Source: an uncultured Bacillota bacterium
GTDB taxonomy: Bacteria > Bacillota > Dehalobacteriia > UBA4068
Length of the DNA stretch: 62,368 nt
NCBI GenBank assembly: GCA_934271085.1
Contig: CAKQQU010000002.1
Location: forward strand, 1 to 62,368
Reading direction: 5' to 3'
Part shown: in pieces, positions 1 through 8,852 of the stretch
Layout of the letters: every line of letters starts with the position of its first letter
Position numbering within the stretch: the stretch's first letter is position 1
The notes under the pieces: generated by a model
What the model saw: only the letters and a program-made list of their open reading frames with translations
Database searches by the model: none
Told to the model about the DNA's origin: nothing
Position numbers and translations under genes: made by a program

Positions 1-525
1 GAGCCGGGAGAGGTGAGCCGAGAGCAGGGCGAGCCGGGAGGAAGGGCGAGCCGGGATGGGCGAGCCGGGATGGGTGAGCCGGGAAGGGCGAGCCGGAGAG
101 AGTGAGCCGGAGAAAGGCGAGCCGAGAGAAGGGCGAGCCGGGAGAAGTGAGCCGGGAGAGGTGAGCCGGGAAGGGTAAGCCGGGAGGGGCAAGCCGGGAG
201 GAAGGGCGAGCCGGGAAGGGGGAGCCGAGGATGGGAGAGCCGGGAAGGGTGAGCCGGAAGAGGTAGCGAGAGGTGAGCCGGGAGAGGTGAGCCGGGAAGG
301 GCAAGCCGGGAGAGGTGAGCCGGGAAGGGCGAGCCGGGAGGGGCGAGCCGGGAGAGGTGAGCCGGGAGAGTGAGCCGGGAAGGGCGAGCCGGGAAGGCCG
401 AGCCGGGAAGGGTGAGCCGGAAGGGGTGAGCCGGGAGAGGTGAGCCGGGAGAGGTGAGCCGGAGAGAGTGAGCCGGGATGGGTGAGCCGGGAAGGGTGAG
501 CCGGGAAGGGTGAGCCGGGAAGGGC
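1..525. repeat. Degenerate tandem repeat of about 36 head-to-tail copies of a purine-rich unit GAGCCGGGARRGGY. The modal unit is 14 nt, with variants of 13, 15, 16, 17 and 24 nt. The array continues beyond the left edge of the window.
   Basis: I parsed the units one by one (1-14, 15-30, 31-47, 48-61 ... 512-525). The + strand is about 80 percent purine. Almost every unit carries TGA (…GGTGAGCC…) and the unit length is not a multiple of 3, so all three + frames are closed. No ORF in the track covers it. Confidence 0.95.
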
Positions 526-546
526 GAGCAAATAAAGAGAAAGGAT

Positions 547-567
547 GGCGCCGAAAGGCGTTTTTTT
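547..567 (+). terminator. Small intrinsic-terminator-like hairpin (GGCGCC GAAA GGCGTT) followed by a T-run, between the repeat array and terL
   Basis: Four G-C pairs plus two G-U wobble pairs, a GAAA tetraloop and 7 consecutive T (561-567). The stem is short, so this is only a candidate. Confidence 0.35.
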
Positions 568-576
568 ATTGGCAAA

Positions 577-2217
577 ATGGCTGGAAAACAAAGCGCGATA
601 AACTTCATTCAAAAGAACCTTCATATTCAGAATAAAGGGGGCAAGCTGGTACCTCTGCGCTTTAATTGGGCGCAGCAGCGGCTTTACCGCGAGATAGAAA
701 GGCAGCGGGCAGCAGGGAGGCCGGTGCGGATAATCATCCTTAAAGCCAGGCAGGTAGGTTTTTCCACAGCTGTGGCGGCGTTATTTTACGAACGCTCCGC
801 CCGGTATCCCAACATAAATTCTATGATAGTAGCCCATAAGGCGGAAGCTTCACAGAATATTTTTGCCAAGACCAAACTTTTTTACGAGACCAGCCCCGCT
901 GCAGCCCGTCCCATGAAAAAAGCCAGTAATTCCCGGGAGCTGATTTTTGAAAATCCCAGCAAGAACACGGCGGAAAAAGAGGCAAATCCCGGCCTGCGCA
1001 GCCGTATCCGCATTGAAACAGCAGGAGCCAGAGACGCGGGCCGCTCTGCTACCATTCATAATCTGCATCTTTCGGAACTGGCTTTTTGGCCCCATGCTGC
1101 AGAGACTATGCTTTCCCTGATGCAGGCTGTTCCTCATGATAAGAACAGCATGGTTATTATTGAAAGTACTGCGAGAGGGGTGGGTGGTGAATTCTATGAG
1201 CAATGGCAGCGGGCTGTGAGGGGGGAAAGCGAGTTTGTGCCGCTGTTTTTTCCCTGGTGGGAGCATGAGGAATATATGCTGCCAGACCAGGGGGAAGAAG
1301 AGGAATGGGATGATGAGGAATTGGCTCTGGCCGAGGAATACAAGCTCAGCCCCGAGCAACTGCGTTGGCGGCGCTGGTGTATATCAGCAAACTGCGGCGG
1401 TGATCCGGAACGGTTTTGTCAGGAGTATCCGGCCTGTGCCGACGAGGCATTCTGGGTAAGCGGACGGCCGGTTTTTGCCCCCAGGCCGCTGGCCGCCGCC
1501 TATGCCGCAGCAGAGCAGCCGGTTTTTTCCGGAGAGGTGGTGTGGAAACCGGGCAAGGAAGGGCAGCAGGTAGAGACAGAGGAGCGGCGGCAGGGAAATC
1601 TGCTCATATATCAGCAGCCGCGGCCGGGAGGGGATTACTGGATAGGGATAGATTCCAGTTCCGGGACAAGGGGAGGCGATTATTCGGCTATGGCGGTGGT
1701 AGACCGGGGACAGATGGAGCCGGTAGCCTATTGGCACGGGGCTATAGATCCGGATCTGCTGGGAGAAGTGGCAGTACGGCTGGCTATTTATTTTAACCGG
1801 GCCATGCTGGCTCCTGAGCTGAATAATCAAGGTATAGCGGTGATAAACGCGATACGCCGGCTGCATTATCCCCGCCTGTACCGGCGCCGCAGCGTTAACC
1901 GTACCGAGGAGCTGTTATCATGCGAATTTGGCTTTCACACCAACAGTCGTACCAAGCCGCTTATTATCAGCAATCTGGCCCGTTATATCAGGGAGAACGC
2001 CGGCAGGCTGCGGGACAGGGAGACCATTGGGGAATGTATCAGCTATATGTGGGACGACAAGGGGAGCACCAATGCGCGGGCGGGGTGTCATGACGACCGG
2101 GTGATGGCTTTGGCCATTGCCTTATGGACTGCGGGGGAAAACCGCCGCGAAGGCCCGGCATTTGTGGAGGCCAACTGGGCATCCTTATACGGAGCCAACA
2201 GCTCAACAGGGTATTAA
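577..2217 (+). CDS. terL: Phage terminase large subunit
   Basis: 546-aa ORF with an N-terminal ATPase-type segment (IIILKARQVGFSTAVAAL) and a C-terminal nuclease-type acidic motif (CHDDRVMALAIAL). It lies directly upstream of the portal gene. No Shine-Dalgarno sequence is visible before the ATG. Confidence 0.85.
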   Translation: MAGKQSAINFIQKNLHIQNKGGKLVPLRFNWAQQRLYREIERQRAAGRPVRIIILKARQVGFSTAVAALFYERSARYPNINSMIVAHKAEASQNIFAKTKLFYETSPAAARPMKKASNSRELIFENPSKNTAEKEANPGLRSRIRIETAGARDAGRSATIHNLHLSELAFWPHAAETMLSLMQAVPHDKNSMVIIESTARGVGGEFYEQWQRAVRGESEFVPLFFPWWEHEEYMLPDQGEEEEWDDEELALAEEYKLSPEQLRWRRWCISANCGGDPERFCQEYPACADEAFWVSGRPVFAPRPLAAAYAAAEQPVFSGEVVWKPGKEGQQVETEERRQGNLLIYQQPRPGGDYWIGIDSSSGTRGGDYSAMAVVDRGQMEPVAYWHGAIDPDLLGEVAVRLAIYFNRAMLAPELNNQGIAVINAIRRLHYPRLYRRRSVNRTEELLSCEFGFHTNSRTKPLIISNLARYIRENAGRLRDRETIGECISYMWDDKGSTNARAGCHDDRVMALAIALWTAGENRREGPAFVEANWASLYGANSSTGY

Positions 2218-2258
2218 GGTGCATTACAGCGGCCCAACAAAAGAAGAAAGGAGATAAT

Positions 2259-3956
2259 ATGGAGCAAGAAAGCAAAAAAGGGGCTGAACTGCTGGAAAGG
2301 ATAGAGTGGGCAGAAAAATGGCGCGACAATAATTTCGCTGAACTATGGCAGGACTGCTATCGCCGTTATCGTTCCCAGCCATTGCCCCGCAGCAGCGGCA
2401 GCAATATATTTGTGCCCCATACTTTTATGCAGTGCGAGGTCATCAAGGCCAGGATAAGGGAGACACTTTTTGCTCAGAGGCCCTATATAGCGGCTCTGCC
2501 GGTGGAAGACGGGGACCGGGAGCACGCCGCCAATATGCAGCTTTTGCTGGACTGGCAGATGAACGAGCGCATGGATCTCAGCCGGCTGATAGGCGAGGAA
2601 ATGGCCACATCATTGGTGGTTTACGGCAGTGCGGTAGCTTATACTGGCTGGCAGGTAAAAACGCGCCGCTGCACGGAAACTATCAGCGGCAGACAGCCTC
2701 TTTGTGACCGGCAGGGGCAGCCGCTGGCAGATAACAGCGGCACAGAGCTGCTGATGGACGGCGCTATAGCCAAGACAAGGGAAAAGATAGTTTATGATGA
2801 TCCGCTGGTGGCCAATGTGCCGTTGACGGATTTTTTTGTTGACCCGGAGGCTACCTCTATTGAGGACGCCCGTTTTTGCGGACACCGGGAATTTCAGACC
2901 AGGGAGGCCCTGGAAGAACTGGCAGAAGTGGGTAAATACCATATAGAGTGGCAGGAATTGAATGGCAACGGCAGCAGCGGGGATGAAATGAGCCGGGACA
3001 GCAGCAATCCCAAGGCACGCTTTGAAATCCATCACTACTGGGAGGATGGGCGACATGCGGTCATATTAGAACGCAAACTGCTTATTTGCGATGAAGAAAA
3101 CCCTTTCTGGCATGGGATGAAGCCTTATGACAAGTGCTGTTATATTTGTCTGCCAGGTGAATTTTACGGAGTGGGCATACCGGAGATACTGGCCGGACTG
3201 CAGGATGAACTTAATACGGCACGTAATCAGCGCATCGATTACAATTCCATGGCGCTGCGCCGTATGTGGAAGCTGCGCCGGGGATGCGGTCTGACCGCCC
3301 GTGATCTGGTATGGCGGCAAAACGGCGTTTTGCAGGTGGAGAATATGGATGATGTGATGGAGATAAACATTCAGGATATCCCGGCCACCGCTTTTGCCAA
3401 CGAATCTTCCATCAAGCAGGATATGCAGGACGCTACCGGCTGCCATGATATACTGATGGGCATGTCCTATGTCAAGGAGACAGCTACCACCACCATGACC
3501 AGGGATAATAATGCCTCGCTGCGTTTTAAAGCTATTATATCCGGCATAGTCCGTGATCTGCTGGTACCTATTGCCCGCAAGTGCGCATCCCTGGATCAGC
3601 AATTCCTTTCGGAAATGCGGTTGCTGCGGCTATTGGGGGAGGATGCTCAGATAAGCCCTGACCAGCGCAGTATAGGCCCATATGATCTTACCGGGGAGAT
3701 GGATATTATTTTTTGCGGCAGCGCAGTGGAACCTGCTGCCAGCAAGCAGCTTAATAAGGAGAAGACCCTGCAGGCTTATTCTCTGGCACTGGCTGATCCG
3801 GCTTATCAGCAGGATGACGCGGCCAGGCTGCGCCTATTCCGCCGGGTATTGGAGGTATTGGAGATAAAAGACGCTGATTCCCTTTTGCCCGGTGCTGCTT
3901 TGCCAGATGAAGACAAGATCAATGAGCAGGAACTGGTATCGGAGATAACAATATGA
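2259..3956 (+). CDS. Phage portal protein
   Basis: 565 aa counted from ATG 2259, which is preceded by AAAGGAG. The track ORF starts earlier, at 2124, and overlaps terL. Size, position after terL and the acidic C-terminus are typical of portals. Confidence 0.75.
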   Translation: MEQESKKGAELLERIEWAEKWRDNNFAELWQDCYRRYRSQPLPRSSGSNIFVPHTFMQCEVIKARIRETLFAQRPYIAALPVEDGDREHAANMQLLLDWQMNERMDLSRLIGEEMATSLVVYGSAVAYTGWQVKTRRCTETISGRQPLCDRQGQPLADNSGTELLMDGAIAKTREKIVYDDPLVANVPLTDFFVDPEATSIEDARFCGHREFQTREALEELAEVGKYHIEWQELNGNGSSGDEMSRDSSNPKARFEIHHYWEDGRHAVILERKLLICDEENPFWHGMKPYDKCCYICLPGEFYGVGIPEILAGLQDELNTARNQRIDYNSMALRRMWKLRRGCGLTARDLVWRQNGVLQVENMDDVMEINIQDIPATAFANESSIKQDMQDATGCHDILMGMSYVKETATTTMTRDNNASLRFKAIISGIVRDLLVPIARKCASLDQQFLSEMRLLRLLGEDAQISPDQRSIGPYDLTGEMDIIFCGSAVEPAASKQLNKEKTLQAYSLALADPAYQQDDAARLRLFRRVLEVLEIKDADSLLPGAALPDEDKINEQELVSEITI

Positions 3957-4177
3957 CAGAAGAGCAGAAGCTGGCAATAACAGAGAGTTGGCTAAGTCTG
4001 CAGGACAATGCGTTCTGGCAGCTTTTTTGGCAGGAATTGCTGCGCAAAAAGGATTATCTTTTGAACCGCCTGGCAGAGGCTGATTCCTGGGAGGAAATAT
4101 GCCGCATACAGGGCGGGCTTGCTGTATGCCGGCAGTTTATTATTTTGGCGGAAGATGCCGGGAAAGGAGCGAGATAA
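3953..4177 (+). CDS. Phage hypothetical protein (74 aa)
   Basis: ATGA start/stop overlap with the portal gene. Helical and Trp-rich. Co-oriented within the head module. Confidence 0.5.
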   Translation: MTEEQKLAITESWLSLQDNAFWQLFWQELLRKKDYLLNRLAEADSWEEICRIQGGLAVCRQFIILAEDAGKGAR

Positions 4178-4698
4178 TGAATTTCGGTCAAATGAGAGAC
4201 GCTTTTTTATCGTATACCGGTGTGGTAGATCCCCTGGATAATGCGGAACTTGCTTTCTGGTTTAATGAAGCTCAGTTGGATCTGGCCTGGGAGCTGGCTC
4301 CGGTGGAAGCATATGAACTGGCCGGGGCCCGCGGTACTGTTTTTACACCGCCTGATGACTGGCTGGTAATAATTGGCGGCAGCAAACAGTACCGTGTCAC
4401 TGGCGGCGGCGATATCGTTTTGGAAGAGGACGGGCCATGTGAGCTGTATTACCGGAAAATACCTGAAGATTTCAGCGGCCTGAACGATGAGCAGACTACA
4501 GTTCTTCATTTGGGGCTGCATTATCTGCTGCCTATTTTTGCTGCTGCCCGTTATTGGGAAAAAGAAGCTGAAGGCGACGGGGAAGAGCTGAACCAGGCAT
4601 CGCGCTGGCTCAGTTATTATTATCAGGGCAAGAGTCTGGCGAAATCCAGATTGTTTGGCATTAATGAACCTATAGACGTCTGGCAGATAAGGAGGTGA
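4177..4698 (+). CDS. Phage hypothetical protein (173 aa) in the head-completion/connector position
   Basis: ATG 4177 overlaps the preceding stop (TAATG) and follows GGAAAGGAG. The upstream part of track ORF 4099 overlaps the previous gene. Confidence 0.5.
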   Translation: MNFGQMRDAFLSYTGVVDPLDNAELAFWFNEAQLDLAWELAPVEAYELAGARGTVFTPPDDWLVIIGGSKQYRVTGGGDIVLEEDGPCELYYRKIPEDFSGLNDEQTTVLHLGLHYLLPIFAAARYWEKEAEGDGEELNQASRWLSYYYQGKSLAKSRLFGINEPIDVWQIRR

Positions 4699-4702
4699 GA
4701 TA

Positions 4703-5284
4703 ATGGGAATATTCCGGCATGACAATATAGACCTTTCCGATGAAGGTTTGGCAGCTGCCGCAGAGATAAACGAAGACGCCAAAGAGGAGTCTGCTGCCGG
4801 GAAGGGGCTTTTGGATGCTGAAACAGAAGAGCAGCAGAATACAGGTATGCCGGCAGCAGCCAGCCGGCAAGCTGATGCCAATGATAGGGAAAATGATGAA
4901 ATGCCTATAAAATGGAGACAGGCTGCGGAAAAAATAGCGGCTGCCTGGCCCCAGGCTAAGGGACAGGGAAAAGAGCTGATAGCCCGGATGATAGAAATAA
5001 GCAGACGTTACGGCGATCCCCAACTGTGGCAGAGAGAACCGGAAGGATTATTGCGGGAAGCGGCTATAGAGCTTTTTGGTATGCCTTTGACCCGGGATAA
5101 TAATTATGCGCTGGAAGCTGCGGAGGCCGCAAGAAAAGCAGCTATAAGCGATCTGGAGCGGCGGGAACAGAGCAAGCTGGGATTGGCCAAACGGAAGAGT
5201 AATATTGCGCCGCCACAAAAACCCAGCTATGAGCAGCAGATATGGAATGAGATAGCAGCTGCCAGAGACAGCAGTATTTTTTAA
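4703..5284 (+). CDS. Putative capsid scaffolding protein
   Basis: 193 aa, acidic, Ala/Glu-rich and predicted helical. It lies immediately upstream of the major capsid gene. Strong RBS (AGGAGGTGAG). Confidence 0.55.
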   Translation: MGIFRHDNIDLSDEGLAAAAEINEDAKEESAAGKGLLDAETEEQQNTGMPAAASRQADANDRENDEMPIKWRQAAEKIAAAWPQAKGQGKELIARMIEISRRYGDPQLWQREPEGLLREAAIELFGMPLTRDNNYALEAAEAARKAAISDLERREQSKLGLAKRKSNIAPPQKPSYEQQIWNEIAAARDSSIF

Positions 5285-5370
5285 TACTAAGGGCGGCCGG
5301 CGGCTTGAAGGACATGTTTTACATTAATGAAGTAGAGTAAAAAATAAGTAAAAATATCAGGAGGAAGACT

Positions 5371-6528
5371 ATGACTAACATCAATGAAACCCGCAACACC
5401 AATAACATTAATCAGAATCGCAGAGTAGTGGATATGGCCAAGCAGATAGCGCTGCTGGACCCCAATGAAGGGCCGTTGCTGAGCTTTTTGAAGCTGGCAA
5501 AGAAAAATACCCGCTGTGTATATAATCCCAAATTTGAGTGGCTGGAAGATGATCTGCTGGAGACCTGGGGCACTGTCAGCGAAGGGGCAACCGCAACGGC
5601 TACTTCCATATCGGTAAACAACGGCGATCTTTTCCGGGTAGGGGATATCCTTATGGTACCATCAACCGGAGAATCCATGCTGATCACCGCTGTTTCCGGC
5701 AACTCGCTTACTGTCGGCCGCGGCTATGGTTCTACAGAAGCCGCAGTTATCAAAGCTAATGATGATGTTTTGAATCTGGGCCCCGCTATGGAAGAAAACA
5801 GCTGCGGCAGGGCTGTAAAATCCACAAATGAGATAAATGGTTATAATTACACCCAGATATTCCGTACACCCATAGCTCTTTCCGGTACGGAGAATGCCAG
5901 CGCTCTTTATGGCGGAAGAGACCGGGCTTATCAGCGGCGAAAAGCATCTTTGGAGCATAAGAGGGATATTGCCCGCGCTTTCTATTTCGGGCAGCGCAAA
6001 GAAGATCTGAGCGGTAATGCTCCCAGACGTACTATGGGAGGCCTGATAGAGTTTTTGGAGCGGGCCAATGCATCCCAGAGCTTCAGCAGCACCGATAATC
6101 CTTTGACCTACAAAAACTTTGACTCCTCGGTAGCTGCAGCCGCTTTCCGTTACGGCAGCAAGGAAAAACTGCTGATAGCCGGACCGTATCTGGCTTCTGC
6201 CATCAATAGCTGGAGCGAATCCCGTTTGGTCAGTGAGGTATCTGAAGAAGCCACCTTCGGTATTCGCGTTAAAAACCTGATAACTACATACGGCGATCTG
6301 AAAGTAATTTATGATCCTCTGCTGGACGGCCCGTATAAAGGATATGGCTTTATAGTAGACACTGAGAATATCCGCTACGCTTATCTGGAAGGCCGCGATA
6401 CCAAGCTGCTTACGGATATACAAGCTAATGATGTTGATGGCGTAATGGATGAGTACCTGACTGAATGTTCCCTTGAGCTGCGTCTGCCCAAAACACATAT
6501 GCTGATCAAGGGTTGTTATATTTCTTAA
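5371..6528 (+). CDS. Major capsid protein (SU10/DUF5309-like family)
   Basis: 385 aa. The N-terminal pattern IALLDPNEGPLLSFLKLAKK...NPKFEWLEDDL recalls the DUF5309/SU10-type capsid family. RBS is CAGGAGGAAG. A strong terminator hairpin lies directly downstream. Confidence 0.8.
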   Translation: MTNINETRNTNNINQNRRVVDMAKQIALLDPNEGPLLSFLKLAKKNTRCVYNPKFEWLEDDLLETWGTVSEGATATATSISVNNGDLFRVGDILMVPSTGESMLITAVSGNSLTVGRGYGSTEAAVIKANDDVLNLGPAMEENSCGRAVKSTNEINGYNYTQIFRTPIALSGTENASALYGGRDRAYQRRKASLEHKRDIARAFYFGQRKEDLSGNAPRRTMGGLIEFLERANASQSFSSTDNPLTYKNFDSSVAAAAFRYGSKEKLLIAGPYLASAINSWSESRLVSEVSEEATFGIRVKNLITTYGDLKVIYDPLLDGPYKGYGFIVDTENIRYAYLEGRDTKLLTDIQANDVDGVMDEYLTECSLELRLPKTHMLIKGCYIS

Positions 6529-6541
6529 GGCGCGGCATGAG

Positions 6542-6578
6542 TTTTTCAGGGACGGCTTTTATTGCCGTCCCTGAAAAA
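6542..6578 (+). terminator. Intrinsic terminator/attenuator after the major capsid gene
   Basis: TTTTTCAGGGACGGC-TTTTATT-GCCGTCCCTGAAAAA, a perfect stem of 10 G/C-rich pairs extended by A/T flanks. Confidence 0.7.
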
Positions 6579-6596
6579 AGTATATATGGAGGTGCT

Positions 6597-8207
6597 ATGG
6601 GCAGGTTTTTACGTATATATCGCAATTTCAGCGGCGGCCTTTCGGAAGCTGCCAATGACAATATGGGGGACGACCAGCTGACTGAAGCCAGAAATATCGT
6701 TCCCGGAGACGGCTTTGGCATTGCCAAAGCCTGCGGCGTAGTACCCGCTTATCCCCGCATACCCGTTACCCAGGCAAACTCTAACAGGGTGGTGCGTCTT
6801 CTGGAATTTAAGCCTGTGGAAGGCGATGCCCAGCTGCTGGCTTTTGTCAGCGTACCTACTGTTTATGAAGATATTTATCGCTATCGTGCGGACAGTAACG
6901 ACTGGCTGCGTATAGCTGAGAACGAACGGGCGGTCAAAGACTGGTTTATTTTCGGGGGCAAACTGTATTATCTGAACGGCAGCAGTCTTCGTTGTTATGA
7001 CGGGACTGATTTCAGCGATGTGTCCATCAATCCCCAGGGAAGCACTGCTACTGCCGCGGAAAAGTCTGTTTGGAGCAAGGTGAAGAAAGCGATTGCCGTG
7101 GAGCAAAGAGGACATCGCTGGTTTTATGCTACTAAGGACAATGAGGTGATCTTCAGTGAGGTAGGCGATCCTGCTTCCATTGACCCCACCAGTATCATTA
7201 ATGTAAATACCAAAAACGGTGACAGCATTACTGCCCTGCATGAATTCAACGACGGATTGCTGATATTTAAAAAGCACAGCATCCATTATTTGCAGGGATG
7301 GGATATGGCAGGCGGCAGTGATGTGCGGCTGCAGCAGTTGAATGTCAGCAGCGGAACTGTTTTTCCCCGTTCTGTCTGCACTGTGGATAACGGGGTTATC
7401 TATTTGGGTTCCAACGGACTTTATCGCCTGACAGTTCCTGACAGCAGTACCATTGTAGCGGCTAAAAACATTTCCGAGGGCCGCATCTCCAAAAGGCTTT
7501 ATGCAAAGGGGCAGATCCTGGAGGCTGTGGCCGCGGTTTGGGAAAACACCTATTATCTGTCAGTACGTAAGCAGATCACCGATGAAAGCGGTCAGCTAAC
7601 AGGGACGGCTGATTATGAATACCGTTATCTGGTGGCTAAAAACAGTTTTTTTGGCGAATTTACCATGCCCACTTTTTCTTATGCCATTGACTTGGGAGGG
7701 CAGAGCGCTTTATTTATAGGCAGTAATAACGGATATGTGCTGCGTTATGACAGGAACAGCTATCATTATACTGATACCGATACCGGAGAGGCATTGCCAA
7801 TAGATGCCCGGGCCCGCAGTAAATGCTATGATGTGGCAGGCTCCATGGCTCAGGAAGTACGTCTTAACCGGGTAGAGATAGCTGCCCGTCAGTTTATGGA
7901 GGAAAGCTCGGATTTTTCCGTACAGTTGAAAGCTGATTACGGGGATTATTCCTGGGATGCTTCTTTGAAATGGGCGTCTGATACCGATGACGGACTGATT
8001 TACGGTGAAGGATTGTTGGGTATCGGGCTTTGGGGATGGCAGGATACTGTAACCAAGGAATTGCTGGTGCGGCGGCGCTGTACCAGACTGCAGTTTATTA
8101 TCAGCGACGAAAGCGATCAGCCCCTGCTGATCTACGGACTGGCTCTGCTTTATAGGAAGAAGAGACTGAAAGGCAGCAGGAGAGGGGTGGTGATGAGCAA
8201 TGAGTAA
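6597..8207 (+). CDS. Phage structural protein (putative tail/adaptor, beta-rich repeats)
   Basis: 536 aa counted from ATG 6597 (RBS GGAGGTG). Recurrent motifs of the type YYLNGSSLRCYDG and IYLGSNGLYRL suggest a propeller-like fold. It lies after the capsid gene. Confidence 0.5.
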   Translation: MGRFLRIYRNFSGGLSEAANDNMGDDQLTEARNIVPGDGFGIAKACGVVPAYPRIPVTQANSNRVVRLLEFKPVEGDAQLLAFVSVPTVYEDIYRYRADSNDWLRIAENERAVKDWFIFGGKLYYLNGSSLRCYDGTDFSDVSINPQGSTATAAEKSVWSKVKKAIAVEQRGHRWFYATKDNEVIFSEVGDPASIDPTSIINVNTKNGDSITALHEFNDGLLIFKKHSIHYLQGWDMAGGSDVRLQQLNVSSGTVFPRSVCTVDNGVIYLGSNGLYRLTVPDSSTIVAAKNISEGRISKRLYAKGQILEAVAAVWENTYYLSVRKQITDESGQLTGTADYEYRYLVAKNSFFGEFTMPTFSYAIDLGGQSALFIGSNNGYVLRYDRNSYHYTDTDTGEALPIDARARSKCYDVAGSMAQEVRLNRVEIAARQFMEESSDFSVQLKADYGDYSWDASLKWASDTDDGLIYGEGLLGIGLWGWQDTVTKELLVRRRCTRLQFIISDESDQPLLIYGLALLYRKKRLKGSRRGVVMSNE

Positions 8208-8814
8208 AGTAGTTCTGCCCTATTTGTTAAGGGAAGGACAGGTGGCATATGCTGCCAGAGTGATGGCAAACTTTAACGCGCTTTTGGACAGGATCAACAG
8301 CGTAACTTTGCCGGGAATGGCCGAGACTGATTTGGAAGACGCTGTGCAGCAGCTGAAATTATTGCTGGACAAGAACGCTGCTACCTTGCAGCAGACCCTG
8401 GCAGGATTCTTTTATGACGGCCAAAACCAGCAGTTGGTGATCTCCAGAAAAGACGGCGGCAAATTTACGGTAAATGTGGCTGATTTCTGTGAGAATTATC
8501 AGGGAGCGGACAGCAGTACCATCAGCGTTGACGTAGACGGGGACAGTAAGATAAGCGCTTCCATAAAGGAAGGGGCTGTAAACTATGGTATGCTGGACTC
8601 TGGGGTACAGGATATGATCAGCGGCAAGATCACCGCCAACAGCAGCGGTAATGCGGATCAGGTGCTTTTCAGCGACGGGGAAAGCTTTCAGAGCAAGCTG
8701 GACAGCGGCCAGCTGCGGGGATCTGACGCGGTGGTAGTACCCGCAGACAATATATACTATTTCCGCCTAGGCAGTGACGGGCATCTTTATATGGGTGTCC
8801 CGGATGACGCATAG
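8200..8814 (+). CDS. Phage tail-associated protein (204 aa)
   Basis: The start overlaps the stop of the preceding gene. The N-terminal ANFNALLDRIN-type segment resembles tail-fibre N-termini. It lies upstream of the fibre/spike gene. Confidence 0.45.
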   Translation: MSKVVLPYLLREGQVAYAARVMANFNALLDRINSVTLPGMAETDLEDAVQQLKLLLDKNAATLQQTLAGFFYDGQNQQLVISRKDGGKFTVNVADFCENYQGADSSTISVDVDGDSKISASIKEGAVNYGMLDSGVQDMISGKITANSSGNADQVLFSDGESFQSKLDSGQLRGSDAVVVPADNIYYFRLGSDGHLYMGVPDDA

Positions 8815-8852
8815 GAGACATCTGCTTAAGAATAAAGTTAAACAAGGAGGAA

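Noticed and set aside
1-525. A CRISPR array, or a minus-strand Pro/Ser-rich repeat protein, encoded by the tandem array
   Set aside because: It is not CRISPR because the units are contiguous 14-mers with no spacers. The minus strand has no stops in any frame only because the + strand lacks TCA, CTA and TTA words. The 14-nt period, with 13/15/16/17/24-nt variants, would shift the frame constantly. No start codon (CAT on the + strand) exists between the array and terL.
2124-2258. Longer portal start at 2124 overlapping terL by 94 nt. Similar long upstream extensions occur in track ORFs 4099, 6513, 10103, 10504, 41551, 52532 and 57382.
   Set aside because: In each case an internal ATG with a properly spaced Shine-Dalgarno sequence gives an N-terminus without odd Cys/Arg-rich or overlapping sequence. 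The extensions overlap the preceding gene or a terminator.
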